A DNA stretch of 51,192 bases from a bacterium (GTDB lineage Bacteria > JAJRZV01). The DNA lies in the NCBI GenBank assembly GCA_024275095.1, contig JAJRZV010000024.1, positions 1 through 51,192 of the forward strand, read 5' to 3'. Below are positions 1-8,700 of this stretch, one piece after another. Made by a program: the position numbers and the translations under genes. The number at the start of each line of letters is the position of its first letter. Position 1 is the stretch's first letter. Below the pieces are notes generated by a model. The model was not told the origin of the DNA and did not search any database. It saw only the letters and a list, made by a program, of their open reading frames with translations.

Positions 1-450
1 GGTTCCACAGTACTTTACTGTGGATGTTGCAGCGCGGCCTCCGTTTTGGTCCATTTGAATTTAATCCAGAAAGTGCACGGACGTTTTTGATCCACTTACG
101 AGCCCTCTCCCGACTACCGCTGATTACTGAGAATTTTGCAAGGAAGTTTGGTCCTGAAAGTGAACTGGCTCCTAAGGAAAAAGACGTTAAGAAACTTTTC
201 AACCTATATAAAGTTGGTAAAGATACAGACTTTCAGGAACTTCTCTTCTCTGTCCACACTTATTTTGCCTTTTTAATGAAACTAATTACAGCAGAAATTC
301 TGACATTAAGAGAAAAATCTCTTAGTTCATCTCTTGCTCTTGAACTTGCTCATGCTTCTGATGAGGAACTTAAAAACCGCCTTGAAGACATTGAAAATAG
401 TGAATTTACGCACGTAAAGGAATTACGAATTCCTTAGAAGGTGACTTTCC
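1..450 (+). pseudogene. Remnant of an N6-DNA methylase / type IIG restriction-modification protein (internal fragment, frameshifted)
   Basis: Frame is open from the window edge and contains ELLFSVHTYFAFLMKLITAEIL. After a frameshift near 405 another frame continues YARKGITNSLEGDF, resembling the GIxNFLEGDFFxWY segment I recall from these proteins. Similarity stops at about 450. Confidence 0.65.
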
Positions 451-580
451 CTTGCATATTTGTCCAGCGACACTATTAACCTCTCTATCACCCCCCTTCC
501 TCAAGCTCCTGTAACCTACCCAACGTCGATATCACCCCCTGCTTCGTCTTCTTCCCCTCCCTCCTGTTCTCAACCAGCTG
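450..580 (-). mobile_element. IS1634-family transposase N-terminal remnant
   Basis: Hand translation of the minus strand gives QLVENRREGKKTKQGVISTLGRLQELEEGG, then after a 1-nt shift in a G6 run VIERLIVSLDKYA. This matches the recalled IS1634 N-terminal pattern (QLVExxRxxGKxxQRVIxxLGRxDEL). Not in the ORF track. Confidence 0.65.
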
Positions 581-702
581 ATTGCCAAACAAAAAGTAAA
601 TTAAAGTTGGCACCGCAAACCTTGAGACACAAAAACCTGACCCTCTATTTTTCAATTACTTGGCCAGGCGCTACGTTAATTTTGGTGAATTAACTGGAGA
701 AG

Positions 703-882
703 ATGGGCCAGGGCACAGCACCCATTGGCGAGGCAATTGAGACCAACGGCCAGGTGAAAGAAATTACCAATTGCTACGTATGTGATGCTGCGTTTATACC
801 CGAAGCTCTGGACAGGCCGATGGTTCTTACCATCATGGCGTTTGCGAAAAAAGTAGCAAGAGAACTATTGAATCCGGGTTAA
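703..882 (+). pseudogene. C-terminal fragment (59 aa) of a GMC-family oxidoreductase
   Basis: Hand translation: MGQGTAPIGEAIETNGQVKEITNCYVCDAAFIPEALDRPMVLTIMAFAKKVARELLNPG*. It matches the GMC C-terminal pattern GT..IG...NLYVxDAS..P....P.LTI.A.A. No N-terminal FAD domain upstream. Confidence 0.7.
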
Positions 883-893
883 GGTTTTATGTG

Positions 894-1259
894 TTACTCT
901 TCTCTCTCTTCCTCGAGTTTTTTAACAAAGTTTTTTATACGGCTGACTTTTCGTGGCGTGAGATCGAGAAAGCGAATACCCATGCCCGGCATTTGAGACC
1001 GATGTCTGACCTCTTCAGGTCTGACCATCCATCGAACCTCACCTTTAAGGTTAAGGGGTACCTTCTGACCCGGAATATAAAATCGAAGATTAACAATTGT
1101 GCCGGTGTCCAGGGGTTTGGTAGTATGGATAAACATTCCACCATGAGAAATATTTTTTGCAAAATCAGCCGAAAACTTGTCACCTGTGGAATATTCGACC
1201 TTTAACTCAACGGTGTAACGTTTGTGTTTGCGCCTTTCTCTGGTTTTTTGTGCCACCAT
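894..1259 (-). CDS. Stand-alone PilZ domain protein (TIGR02266-like)
   Basis: RxxxR motif (ERRKHKR), (D/N)xSxxG motif (NISHGG), GEVRW and GMGIRF; GGAG upstream of the ATG. Confidence 0.9.
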   Translation of the reverse strand: MVAQKTRERRKHKRYTVELKVEYSTGDKFSADFAKNISHGGMFIHTTKPLDTGTIVNLRFYIPGQKVPLNLKGEVRWMVRPEEVRHRSQMPGMGIRFLDLTPRKVSRIKNFVKKLEEEREE

Positions 1260-1560
1260 TGTTTACTCCTTTGGATCTGGATTTTTGCAGGTCTTTATAA
1301 CACCGATCGAGAAACACTGAAAGAATCTTACTGTACGTTTCTCGATCGATCTTGTTCGTGGCTGAGTTCTTAAACCTTTTCGAAAGAAGTGTGAATATTT
1401 CGGCGTAGACACTTTTTCTCGCCGCGTTCACATTCGACAGGTTGCTTAAACATTCTCCCAGAGATTGAAGTTTCAATTTTACTTTTTCACTGGATCCAAA
1501 ATTTTCCTTTTCCCCGGAAATACCAGCAAGAGGAAGAAATGCGAGAGTTATCAGGAGGCC
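1207..1560 (-). CDS. Hypothetical small exported protein, start uncertain
   Basis: Open frame fills the gap between the TonB-like and PilZ genes, with a hydrophobic stretch (LLITLAFLPLAG) and two Cys. No canonical start close to the upstream stop, and it overlaps the PilZ gene by 53 nt. Confidence 0.4.
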   Translation of the reverse strand, partial: GLLITLAFLPLAGISGEKENFGSSEKVKLKLQSLGECLSNLSNVNAARKSVYAEIFTLLSKRFKNSATNKIDRETYSKILSVFLDRCYKDLQKSRSKGVNNGGTKNQRKAQTQTLHR

Positions 1561-2516
1561 ACAGTAAATACAATAGGATAACTGACGGTTACCTCTCCTC
1601 CCTCTTTTGGAGGCGGGAAGCGAAGCCTCCTGATAACTCTCAACACGCATCCTTCAACCTCCTCGTTATTCAGGGTAGAACTTTCTATGGAGTATTTGGT
1701 GACTCTTCCTTTTGCGTTAATAGTAAATTTGACAACTACTTTTCCGTGAAGTTGCGGATTCTTTTTAAGTACCTTTTCATAACAGTATTTAATCATGCCC
1801 ATGCGTCTCATAATTGTTTGACGAATACTGTTGGCATCAAGAAATCCTGTGATTTTGGGTCCCTCTGTTCGTATCCTGCTGGCAACTTTCACGTTTTCTT
1901 TCCCACCAAGCCCTACCGAGCCACCTTCCGTAGCCTTGAGCTCACCGATACCCACACCACCTCCGCCTGTGCCACCAGCTCTTGCCACGCCCAGCTCCTT
2001 AGCAGAACGTGCAAGTTTAACTCCGGCCACCTGCCTCATTGCCTCGTCCAGATCCTTGGCAAAACCAGCACCTTTTGAAAGAATATCAGCAAGAGCGCCC
2101 CCGCCTTTTCGCTTACTTGTAATCAATGCGAGAAGACCTTTCGTCCTCACCTTTTGACGTATCATTTCACGGCGTTTGGCCTCATCAATACTTGTACCCT
2201 TGCCTCCAGTACCTTCCTCGTCAGTTTTACCGGGGCCCGCTTTTTCACCCTCCTCTCCAGTACCCTCCTGTGCCTGAGTTTCCTCCTTTTGAGCCACTGT
2301 CGTAGCAGCCGGCGTTTTCTGCTCTTCTACCAGTTTGGGAGCGATAATTTTTATAAACCGCTTGGGTATAAACCGCTGTATTTCCTCAATGGACTCGAAT
2401 TTGGGAATCTTCACATGATAAAGGTAAAAAATAACAGCATTGTGCACGACAAACGAAATAACAAGAACAATAGCAAAAATCATATCTGTTCGCCTGTCTT
2501 TAATACTCGAATTCAT
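1551..2516 (-). CDS. TonB-like / AgmX-PglI C-terminal domain protein (GltG-like)
   Basis: N-terminal TM helix with His (SFVVHN), Gly/charged linker, GLLALI segment, and C-terminal IKYCYEKVLKKNPQLHGKVVVKFTI...C...FPPPKEGGEVTVSYPIVF. Confidence 0.88.
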   Translation of the reverse strand: MNSSIKDRRTDMIFAIVLVISFVVHNAVIFYLYHVKIPKFESIEEIQRFIPKRFIKIIAPKLVEEQKTPAATTVAQKEETQAQEGTGEEGEKAGPGKTDEEGTGGKGTSIDEAKRREMIRQKVRTKGLLALITSKRKGGGALADILSKGAGFAKDLDEAMRQVAGVKLARSAKELGVARAGGTGGGGVGIGELKATEGGSVGLGGKENVKVASRIRTEGPKITGFLDANSIRQTIMRRMGMIKYCYEKVLKKNPQLHGKVVVKFTINAKGRVTKYSIESSTLNNEEVEGCVLRVIRRLRFPPPKEGGEVTVSYPIVFTVAS

Positions 2517-3019
2517 GACTCTTTCCCTTTTCCCTTTTCTTCCTTGTATGTGGCAAACTTGAACAGCGCGAACTCTGCTTGACCGGCAGTGTACATAATT
2601 TTCTTCAGAAGTAAGAACGGCATCCCCTTGTCTGCAATGAGTGTGAGTTTACCTTCAAACTCTTCCCCTCTGAGTCGAGCAAAATATTTCTGTTTCTCGG
2701 CTTCCTTGGTGAGGGCCTCATACAGACCTGGAATAAGGAACTCCTCTTCTTTCATGTTCTCGACATTCCAATTGTTTAGCTTCGCAATGACTTTATCGCC
2801 ATACACAATTTTGTCCTTAGTCACGATAATAGAAGCAGTCACCTCGGGTGTTCGATCAGAAGAGGAAACCGGTAAGGTAAGGTTGGGCATATTCACATTG
2901 AGCTCTGGCTGGGTAGAAAAACTTTTAAGCAAAAACACAAGAAGAATCGTGAGCATATCCACCATGGAATTGAGCATAAGGGACATGACAGGCTGAAGCC
3001 TTTTCTTTCTTCTTGCCAT
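2513..3019 (-). CDS. exbD: ExbD/TolR family motor subunit (AglS-like)
   Basis: TM segment LNSMVDMLTILLVFLLKSFS with the conserved Asp; C-terminal IADKGMPF..LKKIMYTAGQAEF. Confidence 0.9.
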   Translation of the reverse strand: MARRKKRLQPVMSLMLNSMVDMLTILLVFLLKSFSTQPELNVNMPNLTLPVSSSDRTPEVTASIIVTKDKIVYGDKVIAKLNNWNVENMKEEEFLIPGLYEALTKEAEKQKYFARLRGEEFEGKLTLIADKGMPFLLLKKIMYTAGQAEFALFKFATYKEEKGKGKES

Positions 3020-3046
3020 TTTTATTTACACTCCACAAACATTTTC

Positions 3047-3598
3047 TTATTGCACACTCGCCCCTAAGGAAATGTTGGGATGAAGTACCACCTTTTTCTT
3101 CTGCCCGTTCTCCACCACATACTTCACCGAGCTAAAATTTTTATCTATCGTATCCATTGTGCTCACAATAAGCTGGTAATCAATACTATCTTCAGCCACT
3201 ACTATGACATCATTTTCATCAGGATACTTGGCCTTAATCTTCTTAAGTATGCTCGCGAGCTTGTCAAAATCGTAAGTGCCATCAGGTGCTCGAGGCACCG
3301 TTGTTTTCTTGCCTCTCTCAGCGATAACCCCACCAGCCCCACCCACGTAAAATCCCTCGTCAGTAATTGCAATGGTGAGGTTAAGTCGCGGCTTTTCTTC
3401 TTCCTTTTTCACTTCTTCCTGAGATGCATCTCCCACAGCAGGCAACGTGGTGTCGAGCACTGAAATCTGGACAAACACTGCCGCAAGAAGCATAAAAGGT
3501 ATGAGAGCAAGAAAAAGATTCATCACTGGCACAATGTGCAACTCCGTGTCACCAGAGAGTTTGCGTTTAATTCTCTGTGACGGTTTTACGTAAGGCAA
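3047..3598 (-). CDS. exbD: ExbD/TolR family motor subunit (AglQ-like); Asn at the conserved Asp position
   Basis: TM segment ELHIVPVMNLFLALIPFML; periplasmic IVVAEDSIDYQLIVSTMD; lies directly after the exbB-like gene. Confidence 0.88.
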   Translation of the reverse strand: MPYVKPSQRIKRKLSGDTELHIVPVMNLFLALIPFMLLAAVFVQISVLDTTLPAVGDASQEEVKKEEEKPRLNLTIAITDEGFYVGGAGGVIAERGKKTTVPRAPDGTYDFDKLASILKKIKAKYPDENDVIVVAEDSIDYQLIVSTMDTIDKNFSSVKYVVENGQKKKVVLHPNISLGASVQ

Positions 3599-3601
3599 GG
3601 T

Positions 3602-4330
3602 TCACACCTTTACTGTTACTTTCGTGGTCTCTTCTTCTTTGATAGAAGAAAGCAGCCGCAGGAGTTTAAACGAATACTCATCGATGTCATCGGTTAATTT
3701 GGTGGTTTTACCTACAAGAATGGAGTAAATAAACATGGTCGGGATTGCCACTATCAGACCAAATGCGGTGGTGTTCATAGCGACCGCGATCCCCTTGGCA
3801 AGGAGGAGCTGTTTTTCACTGGGAGATGCGTGAGCCAGAGCATTAAAGGCCTGAATCAACCCAATAATTGTACCAAGGAGTCCCAACAGTGTTGCCACGT
3901 TAGCAGTCATTTGGAGGTAGTGGGTTCGTTTCTGAATGTCAGGAACCACTTCCAGAACTGCCTGGTCAATTGCATTCTGAATTTCATAGTCAGGTTTATC
4001 CGCCACTTCAAGTGCAGCTTTAAAAACCTTTGCCAGGGCGCTCTTGCCGTATTTTTCACATATCTTCATCGCACTTGCAACCTTCCCCTTCCGAAGTGTC
4101 TGCTGAATACTGCCCCAGAATTTCTCGGCATTCACGGAATAGATACCGTAAAGTACTATTGCTCGCTCAATAATAATGGCCAGTGCAAAGACTGACATAA
4201 GAGCAATAGGATACATGAACGGTCCGCCCTGCTGGAAAAATTCCGCAATTCGATAAAACATGTGTTGCCCCCGCGATATATCCGCCTGGTTCTGCGCGGC
4301 CATTGCGGCAATGAGAATAATGGAGTGCAT
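3602..4330 (-). CDS. exbB: MotA/TolQ/ExbB proton-channel protein (AglR-like)
   Basis: GGPFMYPI, ATLLGLLGTIIGLIQAF, LAKGIAVAMNTTAFGLIVAIP; GGAGG RBS with GTG/ATG start region. Confidence 0.93.
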   Translation of the reverse strand: MHSIILIAAMAAQNQADISRGQHMFYRIAEFFQQGGPFMYPIALMSVFALAIIIERAIVLYGIYSVNAEKFWGSIQQTLRKGKVASAMKICEKYGKSALAKVFKAALEVADKPDYEIQNAIDQAVLEVVPDIQKRTHYLQMTANVATLLGLLGTIIGLIQAFNALAHASPSEKQLLLAKGIAVAMNTTAFGLIVAIPTMFIYSILVGKTTKLTDDIDEYSFKLLRLLSSIKEEETTKVTVKV

Positions 4331-4341
4331 CTTTCAACCTC

Positions 4342-4665
4342 CTATTTCAGGTTATTATCCGTTACGGCCAGGATTATCCTGTCAACAAATTTCTTATTTT
4401 TTGCATTCTCTTCCAGTATACGAGCTTTGGTGGAACGCTGAAGAATAATCATGGCTTCAGGTTTTTGTATCTTGCCTCGAATCACCATTTCTTCCAAGCG
4501 GATTACCTTGGCGCGTTTCTTCTTGGGTTTAGCTTTGGCATACGAGTCAAGCGGCTGCAATGCAAATAAAATGCCCAGAGCGCATCCTGCAGCAACCAGA
4601 AATTTACCCAAGTTAAGGCCTCGCCCCCTCATTCCCTTCTCCCGTCTTCTTTTCCCCAGAGACAT
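4342..4665 (-). CDS. Small exported protein, GltF/CglF-like (alternative start at 4632)
   Basis: Signal peptide followed by VIRLEEMVIRGKIQKPEAMIILQRS...FVDRII; sits between the TPR lipoprotein and the motor genes, as gltF follows gltE. Confidence 0.7.
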   Translation of the reverse strand: MSLGKRRREKGMRGRGLNLGKFLVAAGCALGILFALQPLDSYAKAKPKKKRAKVIRLEEMVIRGKIQKPEAMIILQRSTKARILEENAKNKKFVDRIILAVTDNNLK

Positions 4666-5797
4666 CCCCTCGGGGAGGCTGTTCCACCGCCTCCTTAGGT
4701 TTCATTTTAGCAGAGGTCATCTTTTCAAGCAATTCTATGCGCTTCTGCACTTCCTTGAGGTGTTCCGGTGGCGCATCTTTTCCGAGTAATTCTGCGTACT
4801 GCTTCAAATATTCAAGAGCCAGTTTCGGTTTGCCAAGATAATCCTGATAAAGATTGGCTAAGTTGTACAAAGCAGGCTTTCGGTCCTTCAGATACCTTAA
4901 AGCTGTCTTATATTCTTTTTCTGCTTCTTCCAGCAGCCCTTTCTTTCGCATGATGATACCCCTCAGCAGGTGACCCTCCCCCCCTCGTGGACGTGCACGT
5001 ACAGCCTTTGCAATATGCTCTTCTGCATCGTCCATACGGCCAAGCTTCAATTCCAAACGTGCCAGATTAACAAGAGCCTGATAATAATTCTTTTTCAATG
5101 AGATGGCCGTTTTAAACTCATCCACAGCATCTGCCAAATAACCCAAGCGCTCGTAAATAAGGCCCAGTAAATTATGAGCTATATAATTTTTGGGAAAACG
5201 GCTGGTTAATTCTCTGAGTATGTAAATACCCATTTTATCCTTGCCGCTTTCATAATAAGCAAATCCAAGGGTTAAAAGAGCACTTTCAATGTTTCCATAT
5301 TTACGAATTACAAAAAGGCTCTCTCTGATTGCATCATCATAATCACCTCTTAATCGCAAAAGAATCGCCCTGTTGACCCGCGGGACCGGATTATCCGGTG
5401 CCATTATAAGAGCCTGATTAAGAGCACTGAGCGAATCATCCAGACGCCCGAGCTTTTTGTAACAAGCTGCTAAATTAATCCAGGCTTCTACAAATCCGGG
5501 TTCTTTTTCGATGGCTTTCCGGTAGAGAGCGATGGCCTCCTTATACTTTCGCAATTTTCGTTTCTTGTTGGCCAAATTAAACAGCCCTACCGGATCCGTA
5601 GGAATTAATTCTTTTTCTTCCTCTATCGCTTTGGCTGCAAGTCCCTCTTCACGCTCCTCTTCACCAAGCTTCTTTACATTTTCAAGTACGCGCGGTTTGG
5701 CCTCGGGAACCTTTTTTACACATCCAGCACTCACCGAAAAAACAACCAGCAATATCGTGCTCAAAAATTTATATGATGTCTTCTTCCTGAGCTTCAT
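4613..5797 (-). CDS. TPR-repeat lipoprotein (GltE/AglT-like)
   Basis: Lipobox VSAGC and multiple TPRs (EAWINLAACY, AHNLLGLIY, ALYNLANLY); follows the GltD-like gene with a 4-nt overlap. Confidence 0.85.
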   Translation of the reverse strand: MKLRKKTSYKFLSTILLVVFSVSAGCVKKVPEAKPRVLENVKKLGEEEREEGLAAKAIEEEKELIPTDPVGLFNLANKKRKLRKYKEAIALYRKAIEKEPGFVEAWINLAACYKKLGRLDDSLSALNQALIMAPDNPVPRVNRAILLRLRGDYDDAIRESLFVIRKYGNIESALLTLGFAYYESGKDKMGIYILRELTSRFPKNYIAHNLLGLIYERLGYLADAVDEFKTAISLKKNYYQALVNLARLELKLGRMDDAEEHIAKAVRARPRGGEGHLLRGIIMRKKGLLEEAEKEYKTALRYLKDRKPALYNLANLYQDYLGKPKLALEYLKQYAELLGKDAPPEHLKEVQKRIELLEKMTSAKMKPKEAVEQPPRGDVSGEKKTGEGNEGARP

Positions 5798-8700
5798 TTG
5801 ATTACAGGGCGCATGATGTAAAAATCTTTACGAAACTTTTCCAGTGTCTGCAGGGGCGACTTATGAAAAAAGCGATCGAGTTTTCCACTAAGGAGAAACT
5901 GAGAAACCCGGCTTTTTTCTTTAACCGCCACTCTCAAACGACTGAACGTTGTCTTTTCCGGAGTGGTATCTCCGTATACGTAAAAGAAATCGTCAATGGC
6001 AAATGCCATCTTTTCGTCAGCCCGTTTCATTTCGTAACCCGGCTGCAGTTCCTGTAAAAGCAATCTGGACTTATAAACCCATTCGTTCTCGATCCCCAGC
6101 TTCTCCGCATACTCAATCGCTCGCTTCACAGCCTCGGTAGCCTTGTCCTCAATGGGAAAAGCCTGTGCTTCAAGCTCCTGTCTGTAGATATCTTCCTCTT
6201 CAGGAGTCAAACCCGGAGGTACGGGCGCATCATAAAGCGCCTCTGCAAAATCTTTATACGCTCGTGCAATAAGGTAAAGCGCGCCTTCCGCCCAGTAAGC
6301 GTCACCATATTGTGGTATGTTCACAAGCTCTTCGGTAAGTTTCTTCAACATTTCCGCTTTCTTTTCAAGAAGTCGCTTCATCCTCTTCATGGGAAGTTTA
6401 AGTTTGATGGCATCATATTCCTCGTACATTCTGTAGAGAATGTTAAAATGAGCTGCAGCAGCTATTTCCGCGTATCTCTTTTTATCATCGGAAGAGAGTT
6501 TGGTGAATGTCTTTAATACTTCTGTATAATACTTTTTCGCCTTTTTCCATTCATTTTGAGTCTTAAAATAATTGGCTATCCACAACTGGGCTTTTATTAC
6601 GTTGACATAATCGGTGGGGAACCTTTTAATGTATCCAAAGTAAATATCAAGAGCTTCTTTTTTCGAGTCCATCTTTTCAAAACACTCTGCCATACTTAGA
6701 AGAAACTCCCGAACCTTTTCATCCTTAGGGAACCGCTTGATGTATTCTCGATAAAACATTACCGCCTGTGAATAATGCCCGAGATCATGATTAATCTTTG
6801 CCGCATTGTAAAGAGAATACTTGCTCTCCTTCGCCCGTGGAAAACGTTGATATACCTGGGTGTAATACTTCAAAGCACTTTCAAAATCAAACACCCTGTC
6901 GTAAAGAGAAGCCAGCTTGAACAGTACCTTTACAGTAAGCTCTGATTTTGGGTACTTCTCTGCAAATTCCTCCAGCACGTTGATCGCTTCTGAATAATCA
7001 CCCTTACCTTCGTAAGAGACAGCTATGTTAAAAAGAGCCTTTTCCGAAAGGTCAGTTCCTGCAAAACGAGCAATCACCCGTTTGAACAGCGAAATGGCTT
7101 CGTCATATTTCGCCTCTTCCATTCTCTTCATTGCTGCTTTGAACAGGGAACCTCCCACAATACCCGTGATATATTCCTTAATCTCTGGCGTGAGTATTTC
7201 CGGTCGTGCTAAAAATTCAAACCCTGTTTTGTAAAGATTATCATAATCGGAAAGATCTACATATATTTTGATAATATTTTTAACCGCGTCATCTGTTAAG
7301 GTAGTGTTAAAATAGTTATCTACAATTATACGAAACAGGGAAATGGCATCACGTGGATCACCGTGCTTCATCAATAAATATCCTGCTCTGTAAATAATAG
7401 CTGGAGTTCTGGGATCAAATGGAAATAAATCCATATACCATTTTGCATAAGAAGCATATATCTTTATGAGTTGTTTTATTTCTTTTTTCGACATATCGCT
7501 GCGTTCCTGAAAAATCGAATCAAGAGAATAAATAGCATTGTAGGCAGCCTGTTGAATATATTTGTTCTCAATGCCGGGGATATTTATCTCAGCAGCTTTT
7601 TTATAACTATCAGATGCTTTCAGATAGTAGTGTTGTGTAAATAGTATTTCTCCTTTAAGAAAATACGCATCAGATATGTAATAACTCCGAGGAAAATACT
7701 TGATCAATGTATTGTAATAATAAAGTGCTTTTTCATAAAAAGGCTCTGCCTTTTCATCTGATCTCTTTTCGGCTTCTGAATGATAATACTTGGCCAGTTC
7801 AATAATCGTTTCTTCAACATTTTTAAGAATTGAAGCGCGCTTCTTTTTGCCTATCTTTGCACGGGAATACCAATCAGCGTCAGGGAGAAAGGTTTTTATG
7901 AACTTATCCTTCCATTCAAGCATTTTTTCAAGCTGGTTTTGTTCAGAGTAATAATCAGAGATTTTCCTGTAGACTTCCGGTACAAGGTCGGAATATGCAT
8001 ATCTATTAAGAAAATAAAAAAGAACCTCAAGGGCCTTCTGTACATCACCCCTTTCGTGATAAATGTCCGAAATTTTCAAAACAATTTCACGTGCAAATTT
8101 GGGACCCATCCGCTCTGCAAGAAATTTTTCCGCATCTTCCACACTTGTCTTTTCCGCGAGACTTACAGCAAGGTATTCTTTGGATTCCTGTAACAATGAA
8201 GTTTCTGATTTATGTGTTTCGAAGTATTTAATAGACTTCAGGAAATATCGCACTGCATTGTCATAATCTTCCATCTTGTAATAAGACCATGCAAGTTTGT
8301 ACAGGGCCTTGTCATAAAACGGGCTTTGAGGGTGAGCTTCGATGAGGCTGTAATAAGCCACAGCGTTTTCTAAATCGTTTTCATTAAAGTAGATTTCACC
8401 GGCACGAAATGCCGCCTCGTCATAAAGACGACTCATAAATCTCTCATCAGCAATTTGTTTGAAATATTTTAATGCTTCTTCGGGCACCTGCATTTCATAC
8501 CAGCAGTATCCCAGGAGATAAAGTACGATATCAGCATCTCTGTGTTCTGGATAAAGTTTTAAAAACTTCAAGTACAGATCAATAGACTTACTGTAATCCT
8601 TAAAAGGCGGCAGTTCATTCTCCTTGAGCTCGCCTCTTTCCAGTTTCTGTTGGTACTGGGCGACCTTGCGCTGGTATTCAATGCTCGCTTTCTCATAGTA

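Noticed and set aside
606-625. TTGGCAC as a possible sigma54 -24 element
   Set aside because: No TTGC at the required -12 spacing.
620-655. AAACCTGACCCTCTATTTTTC resembling ends seen near REP-associated transposases
   Set aside because: Single short occurrence with no partner repeat or matching transposase in the window; cannot be supported.
460-693. Pro/Ser-rich 77-aa ORF on the plus strand
   Set aside because: Best explained as the antisense shadow of the purine-rich transposase remnant; no recognisable motif.
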